The position numbers were made by a program, and so were the translations under genes. Of a stretch of 64,000 nucleotides of DNA, positions 10,873 to 23,345 are shown piece by piece (position 1 is the first letter of the stretch; the number at the start of each line of letters is the position of its first letter). This DNA is from Phallusia mammillata (taxonomy: Eukaryota): contig OZ281500.1 in assembly GCA_965637545.1 (NCBI GenBank), positions 2,356,001-2,420,000 on the forward strand. Reading direction: 5' to 3'. The notes below the pieces were generated by a model. The model was not told where the DNA came from, ran no database searches, and saw only the letters and a program-made list of their open reading frames with translations.

Positions 10873-13800
10873 TTATCGTTAATACTGACCTGCAAATAAA
10901 TCATTAGCACATGTGAACCCTTTTACATTAAACAATTCGTTCGTCTTTCTACCCTTTTTTCATGCGAAGTTTTCTGCAGTTTTCTTGATTGTAACATGTT
11001 ATCTTTCGAAATTTGACGTAGGATCTGTTTTTCAAAGAATGTATCATTTGATGATAGCATGAAACTCAAGCTCTCTTGTACTGGTAGTGTTTATAAACTT
11101 CAGTCAACCACCTCTTTCTCATCAGCTCTCCGGCTAAAACTTCGCGTGTAGTTAGGTCAACAAAGACAGTTTCATTCGATACGCCTCTACATCGCTTCAA
11201 GCTTGTAACAATAGTTTACAAAAGACGACGCTTTTGTTCTCCTATAAACCACGCCACCTGATATTGACGCGTTGTGTAGGAGAAATTATTGCAGTGTAGC
11301 CATCCGTTCCCATACGACGCCATTCTGACACAGAAAGGGTTTTGCTAAAAACTTCTTTGTTAAAAAATAACGAAGCTTGTCAAAGTACCCCATCATTAAA
11401 CATATATCTACAGAAGTCTAGGTCATAGCACAAACTATTTCATTAAAAAATAGGGGTAAACACCTTTTTATACAAAGACAGTAATGCCAAAGTTGGATTT
11501 TTGAAGCGCATTTGGCCTTGTCTTCTTCTTATAAACAAACATGCATTGGTAACCGTCACATGGGTGTTTTGGTAAGTTATATTGTATTTCGACCACACTA
11601 AATACCTTTTTTTGTATTTTGCAAATGTTAGTTTCAAGCTACTTTAACACATCCTATTTTGGAGTTATATTTCGTAGTTGTATACATTGATACTTGCTAT
11701 ATAAAAGGTGGTTGACGTATTAAATTATATCTGTCGGTTCTGTTATTTTTTCAGTGCTATCCGTTCCCACGTCCGTTGGCTGACTGCAAGTTATACACAT
11801 TGTGCATTTCAAAATTCACTTTAAAATCTTTCATCGAAGTTACTATGTGGCAAAAATGTAAAACCCGTTTTCGAAAATCGCAAAAAGCTTTATAAGTACA
11901 AACAAAAATAACTAAGTATTGCCTTGTTTTGATTTTGCTGGTTGGGTGGACTTTCGTCTGTTACAGACAAAGCAGCATGGCAACATGGGATTTACGATTT
12001 ATTCTTGGGTATTGTAGTTTGAAACAAGTCGAATACCTGGCGCAGACCAACGCTGACACCGGAGATGGATAAATACATTCCAAAGTTCGAAGTCGCTCCC
12101 GCTACGAAATATAAACACACAGTTTACCATTGTAAGGTGTTAGAAATCTTTTAGTGGTTTTTAGGAACTAAAAATTGCGAGTTTTTTCGCTCTTGAGTAA
12201 CTGAGCACACCAAATGAGGCCAACCTTTTTACACATAACACCTGTTCTAATTTTACAAAACGTTGTAACTTTTACATGTTTAAACTTTAAACCCATTATT
12301 TTAGATTTTTAATCACCTGAGTGTTAGACTGCACGATCATGTGCACGGTAACGACGAGGGATTTAAAACGTATCAGATACCGTACAGTATGCTGGTACAT
12401 TATTTGTGGCGAGGGCGCATCTGGCAGAACAACCAGGATGGAAATTAACTTTCACATCGTATTGACACATATCATGTTTAAATTGATTAAAATTTTTCTA
12501 AAGATACGTCGGCCTAAAGTAACATTCAGTCTAAATACCATGGCGTATCAATAGCACAGAGCAAATTAAATTTGACACAACAGATCACTTTTCCAGGTCG
12601 CGTGGCTCTATTGTGACAAAACGTTTGGTCCAACCCACGATTTCTTTCAAAACATTTTTAGTATCCTGTAAAACGTACAGCAACGAGCAGAGCTTTTCGA
12701 TTTTTCACCTACCCCATTACACAAAAGATTGTGGCTTTTGTCCCTTTTAACCTGTTAAACAAAGCTACGGTGACGAAACAAAGAACAAAACGTCACAACA
12801 CTAAATGAGCATGCTGTGAAATGTATTTAACAAAAACCTGGTGAAACGATCTCCAACCCGTAACAATGACAAACATGTTCCGACTCGCGAGGGTATTCTG
12901 AAACTACTTGGTTTGCAATGACAGTCGGATGTTACACTTATAACAATGTACCTTATTTTTGTAATATGATAACACTATAATTCGAACAAAAATAACGTTA
13001 CAAACATTTTTTTCTATTGTTGTTCATGTAAGGACAAAAACATTTTCTCTGTCGTTAAATGTATCAACGGGAAATTCATTTCTTTCATATTTGTTAGAGG
13101 GCGCTGCAACTTTGTACGCAAAATGCATAATAGCGGTTTTCTTAAAAATGATTTTTTTAACTGGTGCAAAAACTGTTGTAACTGCCCCAAACAAATTTGT
13201 ACACCTGTATATGATGCCGGTATTAATTCCAGTTTTGCAAAATTATTAACACTTACCTTTTTTCCCTGGCTAGCAAATTACTTTTGACCCTTTTTTTGAA
13301 ATACTACAGCAATTGGCCTGGATAATGATAAAGTCCACACAACACAAATGCATGTGTATAATGTTCTTGGGTGTAGGTTTTTGACTACAACATTGTGACC
13401 AAAAATAGTTTGATCAAGCTAAATTTCAGTTAACGGGGCTTGTGCTTCTAGAACAGTGATAATTTACGATGTTTGTGATCTATTGCGTCATCTAGTGGCA
13501 ACATATTTTAGCTCTGTTTAAAACAAAGATGTGACCAGAACTTTGTAACTTTGTACGCAGCTTTAGGTGCAATCTTTGTGATTTATATGTGCTCAGCTTA
13601 ACATAAACCTTTTCTATTTTTGCTAAAACTTCTGAATATCGATATATTTTGGTACAATTAAAACTTTGTCTATACGTGGCTTAATATATCACCAATTTGC
13701 AAATGCCTATGAACTTGTGCAATAAGTATTTGCATATAACCTCATTATCACTTTTAAATAGTTGACTCGCAGGAAATAGGTTATTACCACCTTTGCTGTT

Positions 13801-14900
13801 TTTGTATTTGTATTATGTACAGAGGTCATAAAAATAGACTTAGTTTCCATTTGTTTATTCTTTCCTTCATGAACGTAACCTTCTGTTCTATCAGGATTAT
13901 CACGTTTAAACTGTTTTTAGTTCAGAAGATGTTTTGTACAATCCTAAGAGGGACGACGGAATATAGATGAAAATGCGAATGACACAAGCTTAGAAAACAA
14001 ACAGGTGATGTCACTGTAATACCGTTGGTTGATGCTTTAACCGTCGTTAAAGATATATATTTAACATTATTTGAAGTATTATAGTATAAGTTCTTGTACA
14101 AGTCTTTCTTCGTTGTTTAGTATATGTGTTTTTCGCATTAACACAGCTTGAAAGCGTTGAAGTTACAACCACAAGAAGAACATATTTAGCAAAACTGCCT
14201 TCCAAATACACTTTACTACTCCACATTTCTTTTGTAAATTTGTCGCTAGGTGGAGTTAAAGATAATTACAGAACAAAACTGGCTGAATATGAGTATACAG
14301 TACCATCGTGATTTAAAGTCGTACTTCAGCGTCTGTCATGCATGTTTTCATTTGCGTCTCTTAGCTCTGTGCTTTGGGACCTAACGCAGCGGCAACGACA
14401 GGAGCGTATATTGTATTAGTATTTTTAACTCGGGCCAAATCAGTAAACCTAAGCAGTCTTGCAGAGTTTGCGATAATATTACATTTTGTTTGGTTTACTG
14501 AAATATTTACTTTTGGTTTGTTTGTACACAGAAGCTGCCTACTCGTGAACTAACGAAGATTCGAACTTTCCTTGAGCTGCAGAAATCTCGAACAAACTGT
14601 GAGTAAATCTGCTTTTGTAATTAATGCTTTAGAAACAGACAATCCGTGTTTTTGCTAGATGCTGAGGCCAATGAACTTTCTATTGACTTTTTATGTATTA
14701 TTTTAATTCTTTATGATTTACGTAGTTGTCTTATCCTTTTACCTTCTGTAAATTTTCGCATGAATATCGTAACCTGCGCTATAACATTTATCAACACTAT
14801 AAGGGAGTACAACGGTTTTCTGGCAACACTTGAAATCCTTACGCATTTTGTGAGAAGAAAACATGTTTTAATGTACTTTCTACAAGCCACAGTACATTAA
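10700..14900. repeat. Segmental duplication: intergenic region between copies 2 and 3 is colinear with that between copies 7 and 8 (~42260-47150)
   Basis: Near identity at 10700-11290 vs 42260-42845, then looser colinear similarity (e.g. 13760-14000 vs 45300-45560; 14150-14700 vs 45860-46390). Partial copies of the same upstream modules lie at ~27780-29930 and ~34800-35900. Confidence 0.88.
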
Positions 14901-15260
14901 CTATTATATCCAACATTTTTAAGTCAGCACAAATTGGGACCCTCAAAGCACAAGCGAAGTGCAAAACGCAGAAAAATGCGAATCATTAAAATATGTACTG
15001 AAACACATAGGACGATGTGATTACTTATTTGCAACAAACTTTTTTTAAATGCCTATGTTGCTCTTGTCTGCGAAAACGAAAACATTAAGGTAACTTTTAA
15101 ACTTTTTTAGTATAAATGACTGAAGACATGTTATTTGGTTATCAATTTTTTAAAGTTACAAATAAAATTTAAAAAAAGATGAGCAATTGGCAAAAGAAGC
15201 AAAAGCAAAAGAACAAAGGCAGATAAAAATTAGAAAAATTCTTGTCGAAACAATTTCGTT

Positions 15261-18027
15261 TTAGCAGCTCCGAAATGTTCCCGCATGGTAAAATATGGAG
15301 GGAGTGCAAACGCAGGGGAGATTTGTTGGTCTGATTCCTAATTCCTCCTCGCAGCGTGAAAATATGTGAACGAGTTTAACAGAGTTTCCCTCCATCCAGT
15401 AGTTCTTACATGCAAATTGCCAAAGTTTTAATCCATGTTTTGCGGCGGCAAGACACTCCTCGAAGCGTCGTAAAACGAGTAAAATTGTGACAAGTAACTG
15501 TGAAGCTTTTAGAAAAATTTTGATCGATTTAAGGCTCCCTAAATGAAATGATTTTTTGGCAAACCAAATTGCATCATTTGGTCGTTTATCTTCAAAATGC
15601 GATTCAGCAATGGCTTGATATACTAAACAGCAGAAGTCTGAATATTCTATCGTAGGTAGCTCCGCTTGAAACTCCATACGAATATGTTCTATCCTTTCTT
15701 GCCAAAAATCTTTCATGAAACTTTCTGCTTCTGCTAACCTCCCCAATTTTATCAAGCATTCAACTTTAGGAGAAACTACAAACATTGCATTGGCACTTGT
15801 GAAGGTATTTATTATAATGTTCCTTGATTTGTCAAGATACACAAGAGCTTCTTCGTATTTCTTCAATCCACGCAGACAGACGCCTTTGGAAAAAAATGCC
15901 CCATTTATATCAGGATCGGTGTCTTCATTTACATGCCGTTTTCGAATTTCGGATATCCATTCTTCATGTACCGAAAGGGCTTTTTCATAACAACATGATA
16001 AATTGAGGCACAAGCTATACTCTTGCAAAAGTTGTTTATAAGACTTATCGCTGCAGGTATGAGATAGTTCTTTCGATTGATTGTATGCTCGCTCTAAATA
16101 TTTTCGCGCATTTGTGTTGTCTTCAAGCTTCACATAGCATCTTCCCATGTGTGCATTGATCTCTATTTGTGATACAGACTGTATTCCTCGGGAAGAGTCC
16201 ACTAACATCAGTTTTGCATATTCCAATGCTTCTTTAAACCTGTTTAAACGAAATAGGCATCTGTGGGATAGGTGCAAGTACAAACCTCTCATGTCAACTG
16301 CAGGCGAAGTGAGTCGGGTCAGTTCGGTTTCACAAACTTCGAGACTTTTTTTATTTTCACCGCATTCGTGCAAAGACTTCGCATTAATATACTGTAGTTG
16401 ATCACGGACATGCTCAATCCTGCACTCTGCCGAGTCTTTACATTCCTTTATTAGTTTTAAAGCGAGACTATGCATATCAAATTGATATGCCAGCACAACA
16501 GTTCTAAACTGCGAGTCTAAAATAAACTTTTTTTTTCGTTTTTTCAATAAAGGATGATACGACATACTGTTGAAGTGGTTCAATGATAATAATTAATCCA
16601 TCTACAACTGCTCTGCTTCCTATGTCTTTGGAAACCTTTTCCATACTCGTTGGCCGACCGATTAATAATTCTGGAATTATAATGTCGCTTTGGCTTGAAG
16701 TCTTGCTGTACCATCTTAAACGGATTTCACATGCAACTGCCAAAGAAAATTGAAGTTTATCATGTAACACCTTGTCTATAATTTCGCGATCACTTAGTTC
16801 TTTAAGGATATTAAAACAGTTTATTTTCTTACAATCGTACAAACGACCAAGAGCCAAAACGAAAAGCGTACAACTCCTTAACGCAACACGTTTTATATCC
16901 ACTTTATGATCTGCTTTCAGGCCTACTACTTTGTATAGATCATAATCTTTTTTAATATTTTGCTGCACTCGTTGGTTAAAGATGGGGATCTGGTTTATTT
17001 TTTCTTCATTTTTTGAGTCAAACTCTTTGTAAACAGAAAAATCGCCGAACACAAAACAAGTTGTGGTCAACATATCTGCTAAATGATATCCGTTTTTCAA
17101 ATCCTCTTCTGTTTCTAAAATCTCCACCATTTTACTGACTGGTTTAATCAGCTCGATTGTTGTGTTTCCCAAGGGATTTTTGCTAGCTTGAGAAGCAAAT
17201 CCATCAGGACAAATACCACATGGGGTATATGCGTCATAAAACCAGTCTTCTTTTTTGTTTAAGGGATTGTTAAGACATGGAACAGCCAAGAATCGTAGTA
17301 ATGTTTCACCCAAACGAACCAGTATCATTTGGAAAACAGTTGCAAACCACCGAAAGTAATCTAAAACAATATTGTAATTCTCTTGGTTTTGAATTCCTTG
17401 CTCCAACACAATGATGCTCTCAAAGTCAGAATATGGAGTAATTTCTTTTTTGGCCAGTGAACCCATTCCTACCAAAGCAAATTCGCACAGTGGTTTCCCC
17501 ATAATGTGAACAGTATGTGTGGCAATAAAATTCATTACATTTCTAAACGTTTCAGTGACATAATTCTGTATTTCCCGTACTTGTTCAACTCTTTGCTTTC
17601 GCACGTTATTAAGTTCTTTACCTTTCAAGTCATCAGACATTCGTTTCAGCTTACTAAGTTTGTCTTTTGTGTTTTCACGAAGTGTTTGAATTTGTGCTTT
17701 GGTTTCGGCAACAACTTTACTCACCAGCTCTGCATCTGGATTTGCAGCGTCAGCCAACTTCATAATATGCATGCACACGTCATCAAGATCTTTCTTAATA
17801 TCATCTACATTGTCGGGCTGCCTCAACACAGCTGATGTCATTAAAGCAACACTTTGAATGAGACTGATCTTATCTGGACTTTTTTCTTTGTACACAAGTC
17901 CCAACTGATGCAAAGTTTTTGCTGATTCTTTTGGATTAATTTCCTCTCCATTGTCATAACATTGTTCATGTCTTAACTTATTTGCTAATTCAGTTTCTCT
18001 ACTCATGTCAACTCTCGCCATAAACAT
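15261..18027 (-). pseudogene. NTase-TPR copy 3, split by one frameshift at the enzyme/TPR junction (507-aa enzyme ORF plus TPR ORF)
   Basis: ORFs 16504-18027 and 15261-16583 overlap in different frames. Relative to copy 7 there are 19 nt instead of 21 between the homologous Thr and Asp/Glu codons (2-nt loss near 16518-16522), giving TAG at 16504-16506. Both halves are otherwise open. Acceptor TTTTCTTTGTTTTAG|G ends at 18066. Confidence 0.85.
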
Positions 18028-19245
18028 TCGCGCAAAGTTTTAAGCACCTATTTGGTTTAACAATCCTAAAACAAAGAAAATCGTATTTAAATTTTTATTT
18101 GTGGCACTGTTTGTTTATCTTCATTTTTCGTGGTATTCCGCTCTTAACTATACTTTCTCTCACTAATAACACTTGTGATATTACGAATGGGAAAACGAAA
18201 CTGAGTAGGTATATATAAATACTTCGGTCAACTACTCTTTCTCGTCAACTATCCTAAACAAAACCTCCAGTACGGTTTGAACAACAAAGGCAGTCCTCAC
18301 CTACGACGCGTCTACATCCCGTTTCTCATGACTCGAAACAATCACTTACAAGCGTACAAAAGCTGACTGCTGTTATTCTTGAATCTTACTCATCTGATGT
18401 TGACGATTTTTGTGGGAGATTTTGCCAACATGCATGGCAGAGTTGTTTTTACTTTTGGGTTAGATGGCAACTTCTGTGTTTTTTCTTCAAATAGTCAATT
18501 TATTGCTGTGAGGCCGACGACCCCTCTACCGCAACATACAAGTCCCTTAAAGATGGTAACATCTGCAAATTTCGCAGTGCAATAGCAAAGCGATATTTCT
18601 AATTCTCGCTCAAAACTTTTTTTAACAAAAACGTGATCGATTTAGTTAAATACCATCGCGTGCTAAAAAAATACAAAAAAAATGTGCCTTCTGAATTTTG
18701 TGGCTTGAATTTGCCAGACACAACTTTTGTTAAATCAGCAAATTTGTTATAAACAGCCTAAATACCAAGTATACCATGCGAACATCGTACAGGATTGAGT
18801 GATGGGTTGATTAACTGTGCCTGAATGTGTTGTGGGTGGAAACAACACTACAATGACCCAGCAAAGGTTTACGCGCTATAATACAGAATTAGGATACTGT
18901 TACAGGTATTTAGTTAGCGCTTCGGGGAACTGTGACCAACCTCTACCTATGTGCCTGTAACTTTATACAATTCGCCTTTGTTTCGGTAGAAATAAAAAGA
19001 CCCATACAGTTGGGCTAAATAACGTTAGAGTCGCGCCAAAGTATAATTCAGATAACACAAACCAGTTGACTTTTCTGTCATAATACCTCTTTGTTACCTT
19101 TTTGTTAAAGTTTTGATTAAATCGGTTCTATCACCCTTGATATATTACGTAAAATTTGTAAGGAATTTAAGACGAAGCTAAATAGTGCCCGTTGTAACAA
19201 GTCATTGAAAGCAAGTATTTAACTTGTCATCAATGGTGTCTATAG

Positions 19246-19625
19246 TAACTTGTTGCATTTGTACAATCGACCTAGAATCAAAACGAAAAGAGAACAACTT
19301 CGTGAAACAACACGCTTTATGTCTACTTTTCCAAACAAATTGCTGGGCTTTATTTTGAAGAGATCGAAATCTTTTTCAAGATTCTGTTGTGCTCGTTGGT
19401 TGAAGATGGGCATCTGATTTAGTTTTTTTTTATCAAGATCTTTACTATGTCATCTGCATTGCTGGGCTGCCTTAACACAGCTGATGTCATTAAAGCAACA
19501 CTTTGAATGAGACTGATCTTATCTGGACTTTTCTCTTTGTACTCAAGTCCCAACTGATGCAAAGTTTTTTCTGATTCTTTTGGATCTTTTTCCACACCAT
19601 TAGGATAACATTGTTTCCTTAACAC
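19246..19625 (-). pseudogene. NTase-TPR copy 4: fragment with the catalytic core deleted
   Basis: 19432-19622 encodes the N-terminal KQCYPNGVEKDPKESEKTLHQLG...RQPSNADDI segment. It is joined at ~19431 directly to LNQMPIFNQRAQQNLEKDFDLFKIKPSNLFGKVDIKRVVSRSCSLFV, which closely matches copy 9. Homology ends at ~19246 and no TPR region remains. Confidence 0.9.
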
Positions 19626-20585
19626 TTTTCTAAAACAGTTTCTTTATCCATGGTAACTATGTTAAAGATTCAATAATTCCGACACACTTGCGTTTACAGA
19701 AATCATTTGCCATATCATTTTCACTTCGCACAGTAGATAGGGTTTCAAACCATCAAAATTATTAGCCTTCACTCTGTATTTTACTATAGAGCCTGTTCGG
19801 CAACACAACAGTAATAACATCTCGTCTAGAATGCAAGATTGACTCAACCTTGCCACTGTAGAATCAACGCACCAACGCTAACCCTTTTATATCATACCGT
19901 GTTTATTTATTTTATTGTATCTTTTTCTCGTCAACTATCAAATCAGTGTGTGATGATTTCATCAAAAAAGACAACTGTGAAGCAAAACATAAGGCAGCAT
20001 GAAAACAAAACATTCTTTATTAAAGTACTCTCGTCACTGCGAAGCACCCAATACCGAGTCTCTATTCACGAACATACATTGTTCAATAAGTATACAATAC
20101 GTTTTGTGTCAATAAGACGCGACGCTGCACTCTGAAAAGAATTTGTTTTAAACCGTTGTATGGTTTCTATGAAAGCAGCATTCACAGACTTTCCTATTGC
20201 CCTGGTTAAAGCTGTCTACCCTTTCGATATGTAGCAGCGTTTTATTTGCTGTTGCCCTCAACATCAAACACATACAGGTATACACAAACCATTTGTGTTG
20301 GTCGCGTGTAGACTTGTGTATGCATTTATGTGGCCTACACGGACGTTAATTACTCACAAAATATTGAAATGTGAAATATAACTTATTGAAGCAACAAATA
20401 TTGTCTGACGTCAGACACCATAGGCTTTCAAGATGTAGTGACTGCCTAAACTAGACCAATAGTGACTGAACCGCTCGACCTCTTATAATTCTCATGTTAT
20501 GATATCTCTGTTTGGAAGCGTTAAATTAGGCAATGTAAAGTATATTTAGCTTCTCAAAATGCTTTTACTTACATTTTAAAATGTG

Positions 20586-20644
20586 CTGCCTCCCAATCAC
20601 AACGTTTTTTAAAAACTGCCTCCCAATCACAACGTTTTTCAAAA
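20586..20644. repeat. Two-copy 30-bp tandem duplication
   Basis: CTGCCTCCCAATCACAACGTTTTT(T/C)AAAA repeated twice. Confidence 0.85.
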
Positions 20645-21323
20645 TGCCGTGTTTAAACCTTCGGCAAATCTGTTATTTTGGAACAAATAAACTATGTTAC
20701 GAACACAACTGGTTCAAACGTCAGTGTCGATATTATGTGGTACCAGAAACTACAAATTAGCGCTCGTTATATTCTTACAGTACTATCGGGATAACCCCCA
20801 TTGTTAACGCAACTGCTTGCCTTAGAGTTTCGAACCAACCTAAAACAAACATTTTTAACGATATAAGCCGTGACGTACGACTAAATAACAAATTGTGTAC
20901 TTAATGAACAGCGTATATTATTCGATAAAGGTTCAGTCTAAGGCTCAGGCATTTTATCCTAAAAACGGTTTGTTTCAGGTTCCTTTTTTATACGGCTTCC
21001 TTTTTTAGAAACATAATTATAGATATTCCCATTACCAGGGCCAAGATTTTTGGCCTAATATTGTACTGAGTAAAGTATGGTTGGTTTTGTTCTTGCCAAC
21101 ATGTTCAACTAGGCGTTACGCCTTACAGACACAGTTTATTCATAGGCTTTTATTCGTTTTATTACACACACTCCCATATTTCGCTGCACTTGTGGTTTCT
21201 GCTGGTATTGACAATTTAAAAACCAAAACTTTCAAGCTACTGTAACTTTTTTGGTAAATTTTATGCCCAGAAAGTTTAACCAGGGAATCTCTCTGTTAGA
21301 AGTTTTCGGGAACTAGGCAAATG

Positions 21324-21595
21324 TATACGACTATCAATTCTGGTCCAGTTCACCATAGCTTTGGGACCAGGAGGGGCAGCCAGACTAGCATCTCCTTTTA
21401 AACCTTTTGGTGCCTGTTCTCAAGGTCAGCCTGGGTCCTCCTATGGTTGAATGGTTAGTAGATCTTGAAGGTTGTTGTTCAAACAAGGAATCAAGCAGTC
21501 GACAAACCTAATAATTTTGTTGGTGGTTAAAATTAAAATGACTATAAGACTTGTCCTTCAACTGGAATACCACACCCAGCAACATCGTATCTCAT
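21324..21595 (-). pseudogene. Decayed first coding exon of a collectin-like gene (paralogue of 52420-53444)
   Basis: Translates piecewise as SYSHFNFNHQQNY*VCRLLDSLF...STIGGP / GLKGDASLAAPPGPKAMVNWTRIDSRI, versus intact YSHLNHQQNYLVCRPLDSLF...STIRGP...GLKGATGPEPMVNWTRIDHRI. TAG at 21508-21510 plus frameshifts. Upstream homology continues to ~21780 (CCAAGTGGCGCCAGTCTG). No lectin exons seen downstream. Confidence 0.85.
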
Positions 21596-23169
21596 AAAGC
21601 AACACATACTTTAACGCTGCTTAAAGAAAGACTCACCAGCGAAAATGACTTGACAAAACAACAAAAGTTGTTGTTCAGGCATTTTTTTATTTTAATCGTC
21701 GTGTTACTGCAGATTTGACAGTTTTTAAGTGTAGCCTACTTGACCAAGTGGCGCCAGTCTGTTATATTACGAAAGCCAAGTATTTAGTTGTTTTGTACAC
21801 ATTGTACTATTTTGGTAAATAATTTAAAGTTGTTTAAAAAATGTACACAATAATGTAAACACTGTACACAGTAATATTATGACCGCTACACTAGCAAACC
21901 CTGTCACATAATTTGTTGATACCAGGTTACATATTTAACAAAGTTATTGCCCAACACGTGTTGTGCTAGACAAAAACAAAACAACATGACAAACGACAGC
22001 GGGATAAAAAAAAATGTATAATAAATGCACAAAACATATGCCGTGAAACGAAAGGGCGGAGACGTGAGCCAACATAGTTCGAAGATTTCAAGCTAAAACT
22101 TGACTAGCAGTTATACCAACTTTTGTACATTCGAATATTACTCAATAATTGCAGATTTTGATAAAATAAAATAGTATTTGTATGGTAAACTGTTGCAGAG
22201 AGCGTATATGAGAGACTGTTAACCTGCCCAAAGAGTTAAATATTACATGTCAGCTTGACTGGCGAGCTCCCTGGCGAGACGAGTACGTTTGTGGAATAGA
22301 GCTGCGCTCATGGTTCATGTTCTCACGCTTAAAGAGACTTGCTAAAGCGAAACATCTGGCAATGAAACCCTGCCCGCGTATTTTTAGCTGCGCTGAGAAT
22401 TGGTTTTGGGAACAGTTCTGTTTAAACTTAATTCACCTCGATCAAAGCAGTTCCATATTGGTACCACTTTTTGAAAATTTAATGATAGTTTGAATAGGCA
22501 CACCTTTTAATCAGGCTGTATGTGTGTCGTCGGTTAGGTGTTCCCTTATCCTTGGTATTACTTTTTGTGTACAATACTGCGTTCCGTGATTATCAGAAAA
22601 TGTTTGTTAATGCAAAAAACTAATTGGTATTTTTTCTTTGTTTTTTTTATACACTTGACCGCCGCACCTTGAACCTATGTGATAAATATATTCACAATCA
22701 ACTTATGTACTTGCGAAGTGTTGTGTTTCGTGAATACCAAGGTTATTCTACTACTAGTTTATCCAGTTGTTTTTTTGCACTTTGTCGTTAGGCCTATGTG
22801 TCTTTTCAAAGCAACCCATATTAATACATTTCTTTGCAGAACTGAAGCAGGATGAAAGCTCAAGGAACTAACCGCTATAACCATACATACACCGTTTACA
22901 GGTAACAGTGTTACTTGACTGCATTGTTGGTTACCATACTGGTTTAATGCTCAGAACAAGGTCCATGATATTTTGCTCAAACTTTATATGTACCGCTAGG
23001 CGCTAAGCAACAAGATCACTATATGTCCCGTAACTTGCCACTAAGAATGATCACAATACTGTGGACTTGTTTTGGTGCAATGTTGCCAAATGCTTTGCGC
23101 TTTAATGTTTTTATGATGTTCCGCTACCGACCGCACAACTACAGATAACGGTTGTCTGTAGTATCAGAC

Positions 23170-23345
23170 AAGTGGTGGGATTTAGCCGGTTCGCACCGGT
23201 TCTATAAAACTGTCTCACGAATGTTTATGAGATCAGCGAACCGGTTAGCATAACTGGTTACTGTCAATGGATTTTGTAATAGAACCGGCTAAAATATGAC
23301 TTTTGTGATAGAACCGGCTGACAAAAAATTTGAATCTCACCACTG
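23170..23345. mobile_element. hAT-type MITE (176 bp)
   Basis: Imperfect TIRs AAGTGGTGGGATTT / GAATCTCACCACTG, repeated internal GAACCGG motifs, degenerate 8-bp flanks TATCAGAC / CATTAAAC. Absent from the paralogous site at ~6740-6750 (empty site). Confidence 0.8.

Noticed and set aside
11110-11135. CTGATGA on the minus strand (also ~42672) as another hammerhead
   Set aside because: No stem II hairpin or correctly placed GAAA/NUH follows.
10700-14900. Duplicated blocks as a haplotig or assembly artefact
   Set aside because: Outside one ~600-bp tract the duplicates differ by many substitutions, indels and lineage-specific insertions (MITE, hammerhead unit), and adjoining genes differ in type.
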